Source of the DNA: Schmidtea polychroa
Taxonomy: Eukaryota
Direction: 5' to 3'
Length of the DNA: 64,000 nucleotides
Assembly: GCA_044892525.1 (NCBI GenBank)
Contig: CM097887.1
Span: 138,796,397 to 138,860,396 of the forward strand
The position numbers and the translations under genes are program-made. Of the stretch, positions 51,201 through 59,480 are shown piece after piece. The stretch's first letter is position 1. Each line of letters opens with the position of its first letter. The notes beneath the pieces are model-generated. The model searched no databases. It saw nothing but the letters and a program-made list of their open reading frames with translations, and was not told the DNA's origin.

Positions 51201-54200
51201 TTTCACGATTTAGCTTACAATCGTTTAGTATCACTTCTTGATACATATCTTGCATTTGTCCTTGCAGATCATGATATAAATAATCTACCTTATTATTTAT
51301 ATAATTCGTGATTTTGATATCCTTTACATGTAGGACCTTGGAATTCCGGATATATTCTCTTGACAGGAAAATTCCTTTATAGTTCGTCTCGTATACTCTT
51401 TTCCCACATTTAGTCTTTTTATCTTTTCGGACAAATCGAATTGCTTCCGTCTTGTCTTCCGATATTAACACTAGAGGTGTGTTTTCCTCTCCGATATCTT
51501 CCTTCTCTTGTTTGTTGATTTTCTTCAGCGTTTTTGCTTTATCCCAAACCTTTTCTGGATTCTGGGAGTCCCGATATTTAGTTCCATTTAATTTTCTAAA
51601 AGGAATTTTCTTGAGGAAAGCCAACTCACAATGATCTCTCATTTGTTCGTAAATTATCGTAGTGGTTCCCGTTTTACAACTACCGAACTTGGCATTGCAT
51701 TGCGGATGTGCCATTAATTTTCCTGTGGCCACATCAAATGTTCCCTCATATTCTCGTAGCTCCACTGAGTAATCTTCTATGTCTACTACATAGGAAACCA
51801 GATTGCTACCGCGAATTTTCTTTCTACCTTCGCAGGTTCCATCTGAGGCAATTGTTCCTCCTCGAGTGATTGTTATTCCCAATGTTTTCCCTATTTCTGC
51901 TGAGATTGATACCTCGTTGTCTATCCTCACGCTTCCTTTTCGAAATGCATCTAAGCAATCTTCGGGCATTATGTTTACCGGCCTTGGTATTAAGGTTGCG
52001 GATAGAAAAGCAGAATAGCTATTACTACCGCAATAATATTCGAACGTAGCTCTCTGAACTCTACATTCCTTTATCGTGGTTCTATAAAATTCACTCTCTT
52101 GGTAGACATAATATTCTACCTTTTCCCCTTGATGAACCTTCTCGGGATACGCCTCTTTGCACTCGATTGCATCTACTAGTGAATATACCCGAGATAGTTT
52201 AGGATTTCCACAGTCAAATACTGTTAATGAATTTGTTTGTTTTAATATGCCCATCATCACTAGGAACATCAGGATCATGCTTGTCATGTTTCCGGTGCCC
52301 GGACTACCATTATTTATGGCTTCTTCTACGACTTCAAATCGCGGTTTTGGAATTATTTCCTTTTCCCAAAATTTGTTTACGGTCATCCATACCTCTAGGT
52401 AATAATCTACCATTTCGACTATTCGATCGATTTCTCGTTCTATAAGCCTTTTATCGTCCCCTATCCGGGCTAAGGCATTTTGGATTAACAATGATAAAGA
52501 TGTTACCACTTTCCCTCTTGTTAACCCTTGCTGCACGAATGCTTCTATGGCCTCCTGGGTATCTCTTGTTGATACATCTTTGGATACTCTGTCCATTGTC
52601 TTCTTGACCTCTTTTGTTATTTTCTTTACTTCGATTCCCTTGATTTTTGGAATTCTCCATTCGGGCCTGATAATCCCGATCATTTGTTGTATATGTTGCC
52701 ACAATAACGACCTTTCTGACGTTGTCTCATCTCCCGCCTGGTCGTCCATTTCTTGAGCTATCCCTGCTAATGTTTTTAACTGAATTTTCCGGATCGTTTC
52801 CGGATTTAACTGCTCCTTGGGTGGAGGTTTCATTTGATCCTTTCTAGGGCGTCCTCGTGCATCTTTTTTCACTTTCTCCGGAGGTTTTTCAGTCTCCAGA
52901 TTTGTTACTGCTTGTGACGTAGTAGCTCCTATGTTTGTTTCTCCTGGATTTAATCTGACGTATTCTGAGAAGTAATCTTCCTCATCAATGTCCACCATTG
53001 GACAGGGATTAATTTCCTCTAATCTTATTTCCTCAATCTCTTCCGCAATTTCGTTTGCTATATCTGGCAGTCTCATTAATGACCACTGGGACTCTGGTGG
53101 AGTTACTGGGATGATCATTACCGTGGTTGTTGCCAGCGGTAGACAACCCACATCCACTAAATATTCATCATCATCCACCTGCCTGCCATGGACCATTATC
53201 AGGAATATACCTGTAGTTTGATCGGTAGCAATTACATCTCTCCTCAATATTTTAACCTTGATATAGCAATTATAAATCATTGTTAATGGTTCTTTTCCCA
53301 TCATTCGCACGTCTAGATTAATGTTGCCTTGTCTATCAGGCTGACTTCGGATAGCTTTCCCATTTTTCTTCATCAGCGCTTCAATTTGCGTCTGGAATGG
53401 GCTTGTTTCCTTTACCACTGGTAGTATAAGTGGAATTATTGCTTCCAACAAATCTACTGGTATACGCAATACTAACATCCAGTCAAGTATTTCCTTTATA
53501 GTTTCTCCATCTCGTGGAGATTTCTGCAATTCCAACCCTAGTCGCTGGGTTAATTGTTGGGTTTCTTCCAATCTCTCTATTTCCATTTGAGTAATCAAGA
53601 ATACGCTATCTTGATCCATTACTGCTACTGGCTTCTGTGCTCTCTTTGCTGTGAGCTTTGTCACTCTACCTGGGAGTATCCCGTTCTGTAGAAGTGTTTG
53701 ATTTGCTTCTAATTTTATTCCACATAAGTATAAGTCATATCCTTGATGCTTAATACTTGTCAATGTTTCCTTTAATTTATCGGCTCGACTTCTTACATTT
53801 ATATCGAGATTATACTCTTTATCCTGTGGGAGTTTTATATTGAGCTGGACATCTTGGAGATCCCACTCATGTTCCAAGAGTTTTCCTAATTTCCTTAGGA
53901 TTTTGTACGTGTCGTTATGATACTTTGGATCATCTTCGACCTGCGATATCAGTTTTACTACTGTATCGATTTCGTGAATTTTAATTTCTGTTTCTCCCAA
54001 TTTTCCCAATTGTCTGGCCAGCTTCTGCTGGTACTCATATCTGGAATCCACCAGTTTTAAACATTTTGTTAGGGTATCCGACCCTTCTTTTACCTTTGCT
54101 TTCCCTGGCAAGGTTCTATCGAACTCGCTTAGTATGGTGGCCATACTAGGTTCATCATCGGAACTCTCCTCTGATTCCGTTTCCTGAAGGTCCTCTCTAA

Positions 54201-55332
54201 CGGAGTCCTTTTTTCTGAGATACTCATCTCTTCCAACTTCCACCATGAAGATGGTGCCTTCTTGGTTGGTCAATCTAGCCAACCTATTCTTTTCTTCCTG
54301 GATTTCCATTTCCAGTTGTTGCAGATACGTTAACCCTTGATCCTGGTTAACCATGAAAGTTGTCTTAGACTTGTTCACATTACCCTTATCGGTATTTTTA
54401 TTGAACTGACTCGTGTTTCCACTCTGGTTCTGAGGACATGACCTCATCATATGTCCGAATTTCCCACATCCGTGACATTTTATCTTTCCTGATGAATTTA
54501 CATCATCTCTTTTGATTGTACTAAAATTATTGCTGTTCTGAGGACTTCTAGTCTTGCAGACCGCAGCAACATGTCCCTTTCGCTTACATTTTTCGCATTG
54601 CAAATTCTGCACTCTACAATTTTCCGCACTGTGGTTATTCCGTCCACATTTGGTACATTGTATACTTTTACGATTGTCCATAATTTTCCTACTGGTACAA
54701 TCTTTCACTATATGCCCTTTTCTATGGCAATTGAAACACTCTACCGGTGTTCTTTCACTGTTTACCAGGAACATGGTTGACTTTTCCAAGCTGCTTTCAA
54801 TTACGACAGCTTTCCGTGTCAATTCGTCAAAATCATCGCTAGTATGTAATATTAGAGCGTTCCTCATTGTAGGAGTAAGTCCTGCCCATAGCTGATCCTT
54901 AACTAACAATTCTGTTGGCTTTGCCCATGTGGTTTTTGGTCCAAATGCTCTTTCAGCAATTAAAGATAGCTGGTGTGCAAATTCCCCCACATGTTCATTG
55001 GAATTCTGTTTTCGATGGTAAAATTGTTGTCTAAATATTCTTCCCGCATCTCCGGGCAATATTCGAGCAGTCATTTGTTCTCTCATTTCGGCCCATGTTT
55101 TCGGTACTTGAGCAACTGGTAATGCCATAATGTCATTATATTTTTCTCTTGCCAGCCCCTTCAAATATATAGGCAGCCTTTGTATCATGATATTATCTGG
55201 ATAGGCATAAGCTTTGGCCATCTGATAATATTCAGACATAAACTCTGGGAATTCTCCCGGATCACCGCTGAATGCCTTTACGGGCAGAGCGGGATATCTG
55301 GCAAATGCATTTACATTAGCTTCCTCTGCCAT
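45271..55332 (-). CDS. Gag-Ubl-Env-PR-RT-RH-IN-membrane protein polyprotein (3353 aa)
   Basis: Four CX2CX4HX4C; signal plus Cys-rich glycoprotein plus TM (52287-50424); DSG protease (49687-49695); YIDD (48436-48447); TDAS..ELEALA..TDHRPL RNase H; HHCC, D..D..E and GPY integrase; second signal and TM. Confidence 0.97.
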   Translation of the reverse strand: MAEEANVNAFARYPALPVKAFSGDPGEFPEFMSEYYQMAKAYAYPDNIMIQRLPIYLKGLAREKYNDIMALPVAQVPKTWAEMREQMTARILPGDAGRIFRQQFYHRKQNSNEHVGEFAHQLSLIAERAFGPKTTWAKPTELLVKDQLWAGLTPTMRNALILHTSDDFDELTRKAVVIESSLEKSTMFLVNSERTPVECFNCHRKGHIVKDCTSRKIMDNRKSIQCTKCGRNNHSAENCRVQNLQCEKCKRKGHVAAVCKTRSPQNSNNFSTIKRDDVNSSGKIKCHGCGKFGHMMRSCPQNQSGNTSQFNKNTDKGNVNKSKTTFMVNQDQGLTYLQQLEMEIQEEKNRLARLTNQEGTIFMVEVGRDEYLRKKDSVREDLQETESEESSDDEPSMATILSEFDRTLPGKAKVKEGSDTLTKCLKLVDSRYEYQQKLARQLGKLGETEIKIHEIDTVVKLISQVEDDPKYHNDTYKILRKLGKLLEHEWDLQDVQLNIKLPQDKEYNLDINVRSRADKLKETLTSIKHQGYDLYLCGIKLEANQTLLQNGILPGRVTKLTAKRAQKPVAVMDQDSVFLITQMEIERLEETQQLTQRLGLELQKSPRDGETIKEILDWMLVLRIPVDLLEAIIPLILPVVKETSPFQTQIEALMKKNGKAIRSQPDRQGNINLDVRMMGKEPLTMIYNCYIKVKILRRDVIATDQTTGIFLIMVHGRQVDDDEYLVDVGCLPLATTTVMIIPVTPPESQWSLMRLPDIANEIAEEIEEIRLEEINPCPMVDIDEEDYFSEYVRLNPGETNIGATTSQAVTNLETEKPPEKVKKDARGRPRKDQMKPPPKEQLNPETIRKIQLKTLAGIAQEMDDQAGDETTSERSLLWQHIQQMIGIIRPEWRIPKIKGIEVKKITKEVKKTMDRVSKDVSTRDTQEAIEAFVQQGLTRGKVVTSLSLLIQNALARIGDDKRLIEREIDRIVEMVDYYLEVWMTVNKFWEKEIIPKPRFEVVEEAINNGSPGTGNMTSMILMFLVMMGILKQTNSLTVFDCGNPKLSRVYSLVDAIECKEAYPEKVHQGEKVEYYVYQESEFYRTTIKECRVQRATFEYYCGSNSYSAFLSATLIPRPVNIMPEDCLDAFRKGSVRIDNEVSISAEIGKTLGITITRGGTIASDGTCEGRKKIRGSNLVSYVVDIEDYSVELREYEGTFDVATGKLMAHPQCNAKFGSCKTGTTTIIYEQMRDHCELAFLKKIPFRKLNGTKYRDSQNPEKVWDKAKTLKKINKQEKEDIGEENTPLVLISEDKTEAIRFVRKDKKTKCGKRVYETNYKGIFLSREYIRNSKVLHVKDIKITNYINNKVDYLYHDLQGQMQDMYQEVILNDCKLNREIVRNRLAISIVNPELVTPMLLEDGMFGRIMGEAIYSYECKPVEVQLARFNQCTLELPVSYQGKLRFVMPVTRKLLEENAKPQPAICNPAISPLYKINDMWISLPERKPSTQRVETLEVTKLKDNLEFQSLDELAKGGIYTPDDIEEARWTLLFPQIRDRGITEIIRTIYHDNLIRPDYNLLFGPEHYKEAAKNVMMKIWGRFTNFGIFVAGCSGIYAIFVILKLIITQLMSTYSIFKIGGWSWKLLLGLCPMCAEFALFKHHRKEIKEIRQKHLVKHEVIGTEMEEYSSYRDDNNSKGGGNGGSRETSSRSNQSRKQNYNKKPNQQQRKSRFKEYLPPYDQSKEIYVRKQSSEGEYDSSDQKFNIRSPRFKRSPRYVQLPTLRSLPSAPNEGREHSRETTLRTGRHQWKIGEDTIFNNLTCSTLPELPKVHYPKEALESIKAKIKEYNPQLSDPELLEAEQTRANTIGISHDTILMVNNPVNLDKKPMIKIRVNRHTVNAVIDSGADGTIIEAKLLNHHELQSLKPAGVKLTGANGSSLNVIGSLSCQIKLCDQELHHDIIVMRSLPAECLLGMDILKRLRGVVFDCASGLLIRARGKKRKIYNDDTAYIDHTTIIPPRAETVCFVATSNNWEGEVVFEPNEKFSEKYNIPVTHSVGLIVNGRIPIRVANLDIKPLYLYPDTRVGRIWKQNEPQATGEGSILTVKAEERDPDIEYYDAPTANSKVLTRKENIQVNMLLRKYDQVFAKHEYDLGKTNLLEHEIVLTNTKPIKLRPYRIPFSLEESVDKQVKLMLKHGIIRHSKSPYQSPMIVVAKKDGSVRLCNDYRMVNEATCKDSHPLPLLDYIYGRMRNARFFSVMDAQKGFYQIKLKDETIPITAFSTSMGHYEYNVMPFGLTGAPATFQRAMNLMLMDVHHAMVYIDDVIVFSPNLEKHLEHLEDVFKRLINANMKVKPTKCKWAEPEVVYVGHIISRDGVKPDPANVEKVKNFPEPKTVKHIKGFLGLVGYYRKFIRNFSVIAFPLTQLEGKNVKFVWGTEQQEAFDMLKEKLINPPILRFPDFERQFLVMTDASTRGIGAVLGQRDDLGDEYAIAYASRGLKPHERNYAVIELEALAIVYAITQFRTYLWGRKIIVYTDHRPLQWLTKHTMDTSKLVRWALILQPYDIEIHYRKGDHNGNADALSRMDQEEEAEDVKEGRLEGTIFTLTREANRLADLMEAQKADEEINVIRQALEAKYVPTEFTKYWEKNKDKFVLEEGLVKYSDVRDNVVMVPKKYREALMLQYHDGALGGHLSSRKTLSRLKQKYFWPSMKQEVKTWCQTCKICITRRNTGKKPHVPMKPMPVPSTPMEMTAMDVLGPFKESNSGNKYILVFCDYLTKWPEAYPVPNHKADTIARIFVEQIVFRYGVPTKLLTDRGADFMSNLLKGINDYFGVLKLNTSPYHPQTDGLVERFNGTLANMLASYVNSGQTDWDIHIPSCLFAYRNAVHEGTGETPFYLMYLRQSKMPVDLLFFPKATQYLDQQDYLMEMRERMQEAWARAGLSIKYNQEASKDYHDRKAKDHGILVGDQVMLESHYNKKGLSPKLMRNFKGPYEVLRTTDTNLILQLVANRKAEPIMVHANRCKKCEISTKGASGNPKVKAPDKQVKPNTTEEPQEHRYPLRSRGVPKSVTFLLIISCMMTLAMAKRDRKAYFQPMAMQVEHLHFIRTYHGISILTTCDNATKFNLHFYNKYLRVRQLDSEEKEWELYDLKAETDYKLHIAASRLYRNGWYTYHVSNWILRTADFTNRISISYGRDKVKFSQRINREEKVKISILDGSSTRGTLWLDQNSPSQERYLNQSVEYSVLVIYYSPRKREDDRWFEVFEEILPLKQPVITEIPPKVVRENMVIHPTMWQHLRQLPPIKQISCPTTPNLTNCCDCNAITNFNTGYILKVPIGVWITVSAVLSLVTTLIAMGIWTKLYFRQAIRAYDGVLMSQL
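50424..52287 (-). other. Class III fusion glycoprotein domain (chuvirus GP / herpes gB-like Env)
   Basis: LTVFDC..ECRV..YYCG..DGTCEG..DCKLNREIVRNRLAISIVNP..GEAIYSYECKPVEV..LPV..GGIYT..LLFP..WGRFTNFG plus TM: the motif series of chuviral-type glycoproteins. Confidence 0.88.
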
Positions 55333-55410
55333 TTGATTTTCCAGTTTTACTCTGGCTCTAGTTCCTAACGCTATTTTGTTTTAATTCAATATATACCCGC
55401 TGATAATTTT

Positions 55411-55428
55411 ATCACGTCGGGCTCACCA
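55411..55428 (-). promoter_or_regulatory. Primer-binding site complementary to tRNA-Trp
   Basis: TGGTGAGCCCGACGTGAT three bases inside the 5' LTR; one mismatch to the canonical tRNA-Trp 3' end (..ATCACGTCGGGGTCACCA). Confidence 0.85.
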
Positions 55429-55431
55429 AAA

Positions 55432-56419
55432 TGTTAGGTTCGATGGGTATGTCTTCGAACTAACACAAAAATGCTCTATCTGACTCCACGTAAATAATTT
55501 ATGCGCGTAGGTATAAATAAACAAGAAATATGATTTAAATATTTATTTTTCAACTAAAGGATTATTCACACGTTTAAATAGATATATATATATATATATA
55601 TAGGTACACCACGCTGCTTTCTCTAAGTAAAGAAATCGGTTATTCAAACCGCCCTGAAGAGTGTTACTAAGTATCAAGGCTGGCCCTAAATGCGCCAACA
55701 GCCCGATATAGGTGAAAGGAAAAAGAGAACGGGACAATCACCGAAATTTTCGCTATAGAGTTAACCCAGAAATTGGTTAACTCTTTTCAAATAGTTATTG
55801 ATAACGACACAACACAAAAATACGTGCTGACGTTATGATATCCCTTATTTGAAATTACTTTAATTTGTTAAAATATAAACCGATTTGAAAACTACTTATA
55901 ACTATTTAAATAATGATAAATACTAACTGATTTAATATCTTTACCAAATAACGTTATAATAGATAATCCACAAAATTAGCTTTCGATCCAATATTTTCAA
56001 TACAAATTCTTCACTTAGATTGTCGATAAAACCAAATTTCCCAAAATTCCAAAACTTGACGCAAATTAGTTGGTTGCTAAAAATAGAATTGACTTTTTCT
56101 TCTCTAATTTCAGACACTGTGGTTTTCTGCCTTCTCACTTCGTCCCTGCTTCTAATTTTTATCTATTATTTATACTAATTTATTTTACGTAATTCTATTA
56201 ATAGTAATTGTTTAATTACTATTTTTATTATATATTTTAAATAATTTCTATAATTCTATTTTTAGTAATTATTTATTACCAATTATATTTTAGTTTTAAT
56301 TTTAGTATTTACTTTCTATTTTTGGTAATTTTAAAATACTATTTTTATTTTAAACCTAACTTTGGTAATTAATTATTATTTTATTTATTATCTAATTTCG
56401 AACGTTCATTTCCGGTTCC
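55432..56419 (-). repeat. 5' LTR (988 bp), outer 15 bp missing
   Basis: Matches the 3' LTR up to CCGGTTCC; the terminal TACTGAACCCCAACA is absent. Confidence 0.95.
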
Positions 56420-56509
56420 GGTTTCGGCAATTTCTATCATATATCTAATGATTATTCCATTAATATCTATTTCTTTTTGATTATTTCCATTTTTTTCTTT
56501 GATAGATTC

Positions 56510-57602
56510 TGTTGAGTTTTTATTTGTAAGTCGGTCCTTTCTCTGACTCCTCGTGTTCTTATTTTACCAAATCAATGAAAACTCAACACAAAATAACTTT
56601 ATTTGATTTTTATCACAATTACAATTTGTCACTATTTGCACCTTTCTCTCACTTCAAATTTATTTCGTTAAGGTACAGAACCAAAGGGGCAATTACCTTT
56701 TCTTGTACGAGTCTAGTTTCTTTATAATTCACAAATTCCTCTTTTGACTTGCTCATTTCTAAGCTCTCCTTTTATACTGTGTCTTTTATACTGTGTCTAA
56801 TTATCTAGCAAATTCAAATTAATTGTTTCCCCGGGCACCCTAAGTAAATTTTGAAAGGTTTGACAATTATTTTAATTTATTTACCCTGCAATTATAAATC
56901 GAATTATTATTACCTTATCTGGTGTCTCGGGTCTCACTGCGCATCGGGTTTTCTTCAGTGCTCGGGTTTCCCATGGGCTCGGGCTTTCCATTGGCTCGGG
57001 CTTTCCATTACAGATTAATTAATTTTAATTAATTTGTTTTTCCTTATTAACTTTTTCTATGATCACCCTATTACATTTTTATTGTGCTTTCTAACCTCGT
57101 CTAACAATTTGGCATTCAACCATACCCAATATTGATTTTTAATTTTCATTAAATTTTAATTAATTTTGTACTTATATTGATTTTACCAATTTTTGTTCTG
57201 CTTTCTGGTACCACGTGAAATTTATTTTGTTTTTGCTCTAACCCCAACAATTCTTTAAGATAGTGCCGTAAGTCTTCAATGGAGAAATTGCACACTTTTT
57301 TGTAATATCTTCTAGTGTTTCGAATATAATTTTATTCATATCCATTTCTTCATTCATTTGATGATATTCTAGGTCATAGTTATCTTTTAATTGGTCTTTA
57401 ACCAATCTTTAACCAATGCTGCTCTTCTTTGTTTTCTTTCCTTTTTCTTTTTTTTGTTGTTTTTTTCTTTTTTCTTTTCATTTTCTTTTTGGGTTTCGTT
57501 TTCTAGTTCTTTTATAGAGTTTTTAGTCTCATTCATTGTATCTTCATTTTCTGGTATTATTTCTTCCATTGGTTGCAACCAGTCTATTTATTGACCAAGC
57601 CT
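56510..57602 (-). other. 5' part of the unidentified antisense insert (decayed ORF starting MEEIIPENED..)
   Basis: Lys/Glu-rich ORF start about 35 bp from the 28S junction; many stops; 17-bp tandem repeat x3 at ~56962-57010. Confidence 0.55.
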
Positions 57603-57723
57603 GGGATAACTGGCTTGTGGTGGCCAAGCGTTCATAGCGACGTCGCTTTTTATCCTTCGATGTCGGCTCTTTCTATCATTGCGAAGTAGAATTGACAAAG
57701 TGTTGGATTGTTCACCCACTAAT

Positions 57724-57759
<36 letters not shown>

Positions 57760-58160
57760 TGTTAGTTTTACCCTACTATATAATTTGTCATGATAATAGT
57801 AATTCTGCTCAGTTCGAGAGGAACCGCAGATTCGGATCACTGGTAAATGTGCTTGATCGAAAGGTCAGTGGCACGAAGCTACCATCCGAGAGATTAAGAC
57901 TGAACGCCTCTAAGTCTGAATCTCGCCTAAAAATCATGATATTTTGTGCCATCCTCGTAATGAGGCAATATTATTATTCATTAACGCAAGTTAGTGGATG
58001 TGGCTTAGCCATATATTTAAACTCTAACCATTCTATGAAAATAGTTTGTATATTTGAATCATTTTTAATGATTTAGGTAAATCATTTGTAGACGACTTAC
58101 TTTACGGTGGGGGAAGCGTAGGAATTCGAGTGGTTATATACTGCGAGATTTCGAACTTCA
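57603..58160 (+). rRNA. 28S: 28S (LSU) rRNA fragment, right part, reaching almost to the 3' end (pseudogenic)
   Basis: GGGATAACTGGCTTGTGG..CTTCGATGTCGGCTCT..GAGCTGGGTTTAGACCGTCGTGAGACA..sarcin-ricin-like TCGAGAGGAACCG..AAATCATTTGTAGACGACTT. Confidence 0.96.
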
Positions 58161-58620
58161 TTTTGAATTAAAATATTTTAAACAAAATACAAAACCGGTG
58201 TAAAAGGTGGTGTTTTACCAGAATTACCAGATGGGGAAATGGAATGGTCTAGAGAAAATAATTATGAAAAATCAGTTGAAGGTTCTGGAGTTGGATATAT
58301 TTATGAAGTGGATTTGAATTTTCCAAATCATTTAAAACATAAAACTAGATAGTTTCCATTTTGTCCTGAGAAATTAAAAGTAAAAGATGAATAGTTATCA
58401 CCATGGCAAAAAGAAAATAATCTTCATAATTAAAAGACAACAGAAAAATTAATTCAAACTCAGCTTGATAAAAAATATTATATTGTTGAAGGAAGAATAT
58501 TGGATTGGTATTTGGAAAATGGAATGAGAAATTGTTCATAGAAAATTAATTTTTAGAAAATCAAAATGGTTAAAACCATATATTGAATTAAATGTCAATG
58601 CAAGACTTGAAGCTAAAAGA
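58161..58620 (+). pseudogene. polB: Polinton pPolB, continuation after the nested insertion
   Basis: FELKYFK..GVKGG..LPDG..GYIYEVDL..FPFCPEK..SKWLKPYIELN continues the N-terminal part that ended at GLRCTD (40956). Confidence 0.85.
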
Positions 58621-58629
58621 AATGAAGAT

Positions 58630-59480
58630 AAAATATTTTCAGAGGATTGTGCAGGTGTACATTTTGTTGGGTTATTGAGTTGGTGATAAAATTAGAATTC
58701 TTACTCTGACTCCAAGCGTGTCTTTGACTGACCCACAAATAACAATTAGCATTGGAAACTTTATTGAATATCACAAATATTTTCACACTGATACAATTGA
58801 CTCAACAAGCTAACTATTATACCGTGCTTATTACAACACTACTGGTTGTTCCCTTATTTTGACTTGGTTTTACTCGCCTAACTTTATTCTATTATCAACT
58901 GAATAAACTCTTGCTAATTCTCTTTATTTCTGTTTTCTTTTTAGTTTCTCTGCTTCAATTTTATTCAAATATTTCTTCCAAATTGTTCTCTCAATGACTT
59001 CTCCGAATTGTTCGCTAATACAATTCTCCCACGTCTTCTTAATTTTATAACTCGTCCTCTCTATAGTTTCTCTCTTTTGCTTCTGCTGTGCCACTTGCTA
59101 TTATACCTCGTCAATTAGTGGCACTTCAGTTTATCTCCAATTCCACATTTTTTCCCCAACATGATTTCCTTGTTTCCCCTGCGACCGAGTTATCTTTGAC
59201 AGCTGTCGCACTATTTATAATTTTTTCATTTTGTGGCTCCGGCCTGTTTTTGTTTTGTTTCCCTTATCTTTGACAAGCTGTAGAGATAAGAATATTTTTG
59301 TTTTTCTTTTTTCCCGATTTCGAAATTCCTTTTTCTTTTTGTACTAATTAATTAGTACTGACCTTGGTTTTTATTTACATGTTTGATTTCTTTTGTTTCC
59401 TTCCTCTTTCTCATTTCTCATTTCTTCATGCTTTCGTTTTCTTTTCTGAGTTCCCATAGATCGTCCCGTTTGTCGTGACG
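58630..59480 (-). pseudogene. Decayed gag-like LTR-retrotransposon remnant
   Basis: Homologous to 5380-6030 (shared 18-mer and VCCNK motif). Confidence 0.45.

Larger units (their letters stand above)
41693..56419 (-). mobile_element. Full-length env-bearing Ty3/gypsy LTR retrotransposon (Metaviridae), 14.7 kb
   Basis: Paired LTRs, PBS, PPT, uninterrupted 3353-aa ORF with PR-RT-RH-IN order, and a second 720-aa ORF. Confidence 0.97.

Noticed and set aside
45308-54895. Many plus-strand ORFs overlapping the polyprotein
   Set aside because: Antisense shadows of a long coding region; no motifs.
56962-57010. 17-bp unit repeated three times (CRISPR-like)
   Set aside because: Contiguous tandem repeat without spacers in a eukaryotic context.
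40955-58160. Functional rDNA unit or group I intron in 28S
   Set aside because: No 18S, 5.8S or 5' 28S is present, conserved positions are mutated, and the insert is antisense with no group I core recognised.
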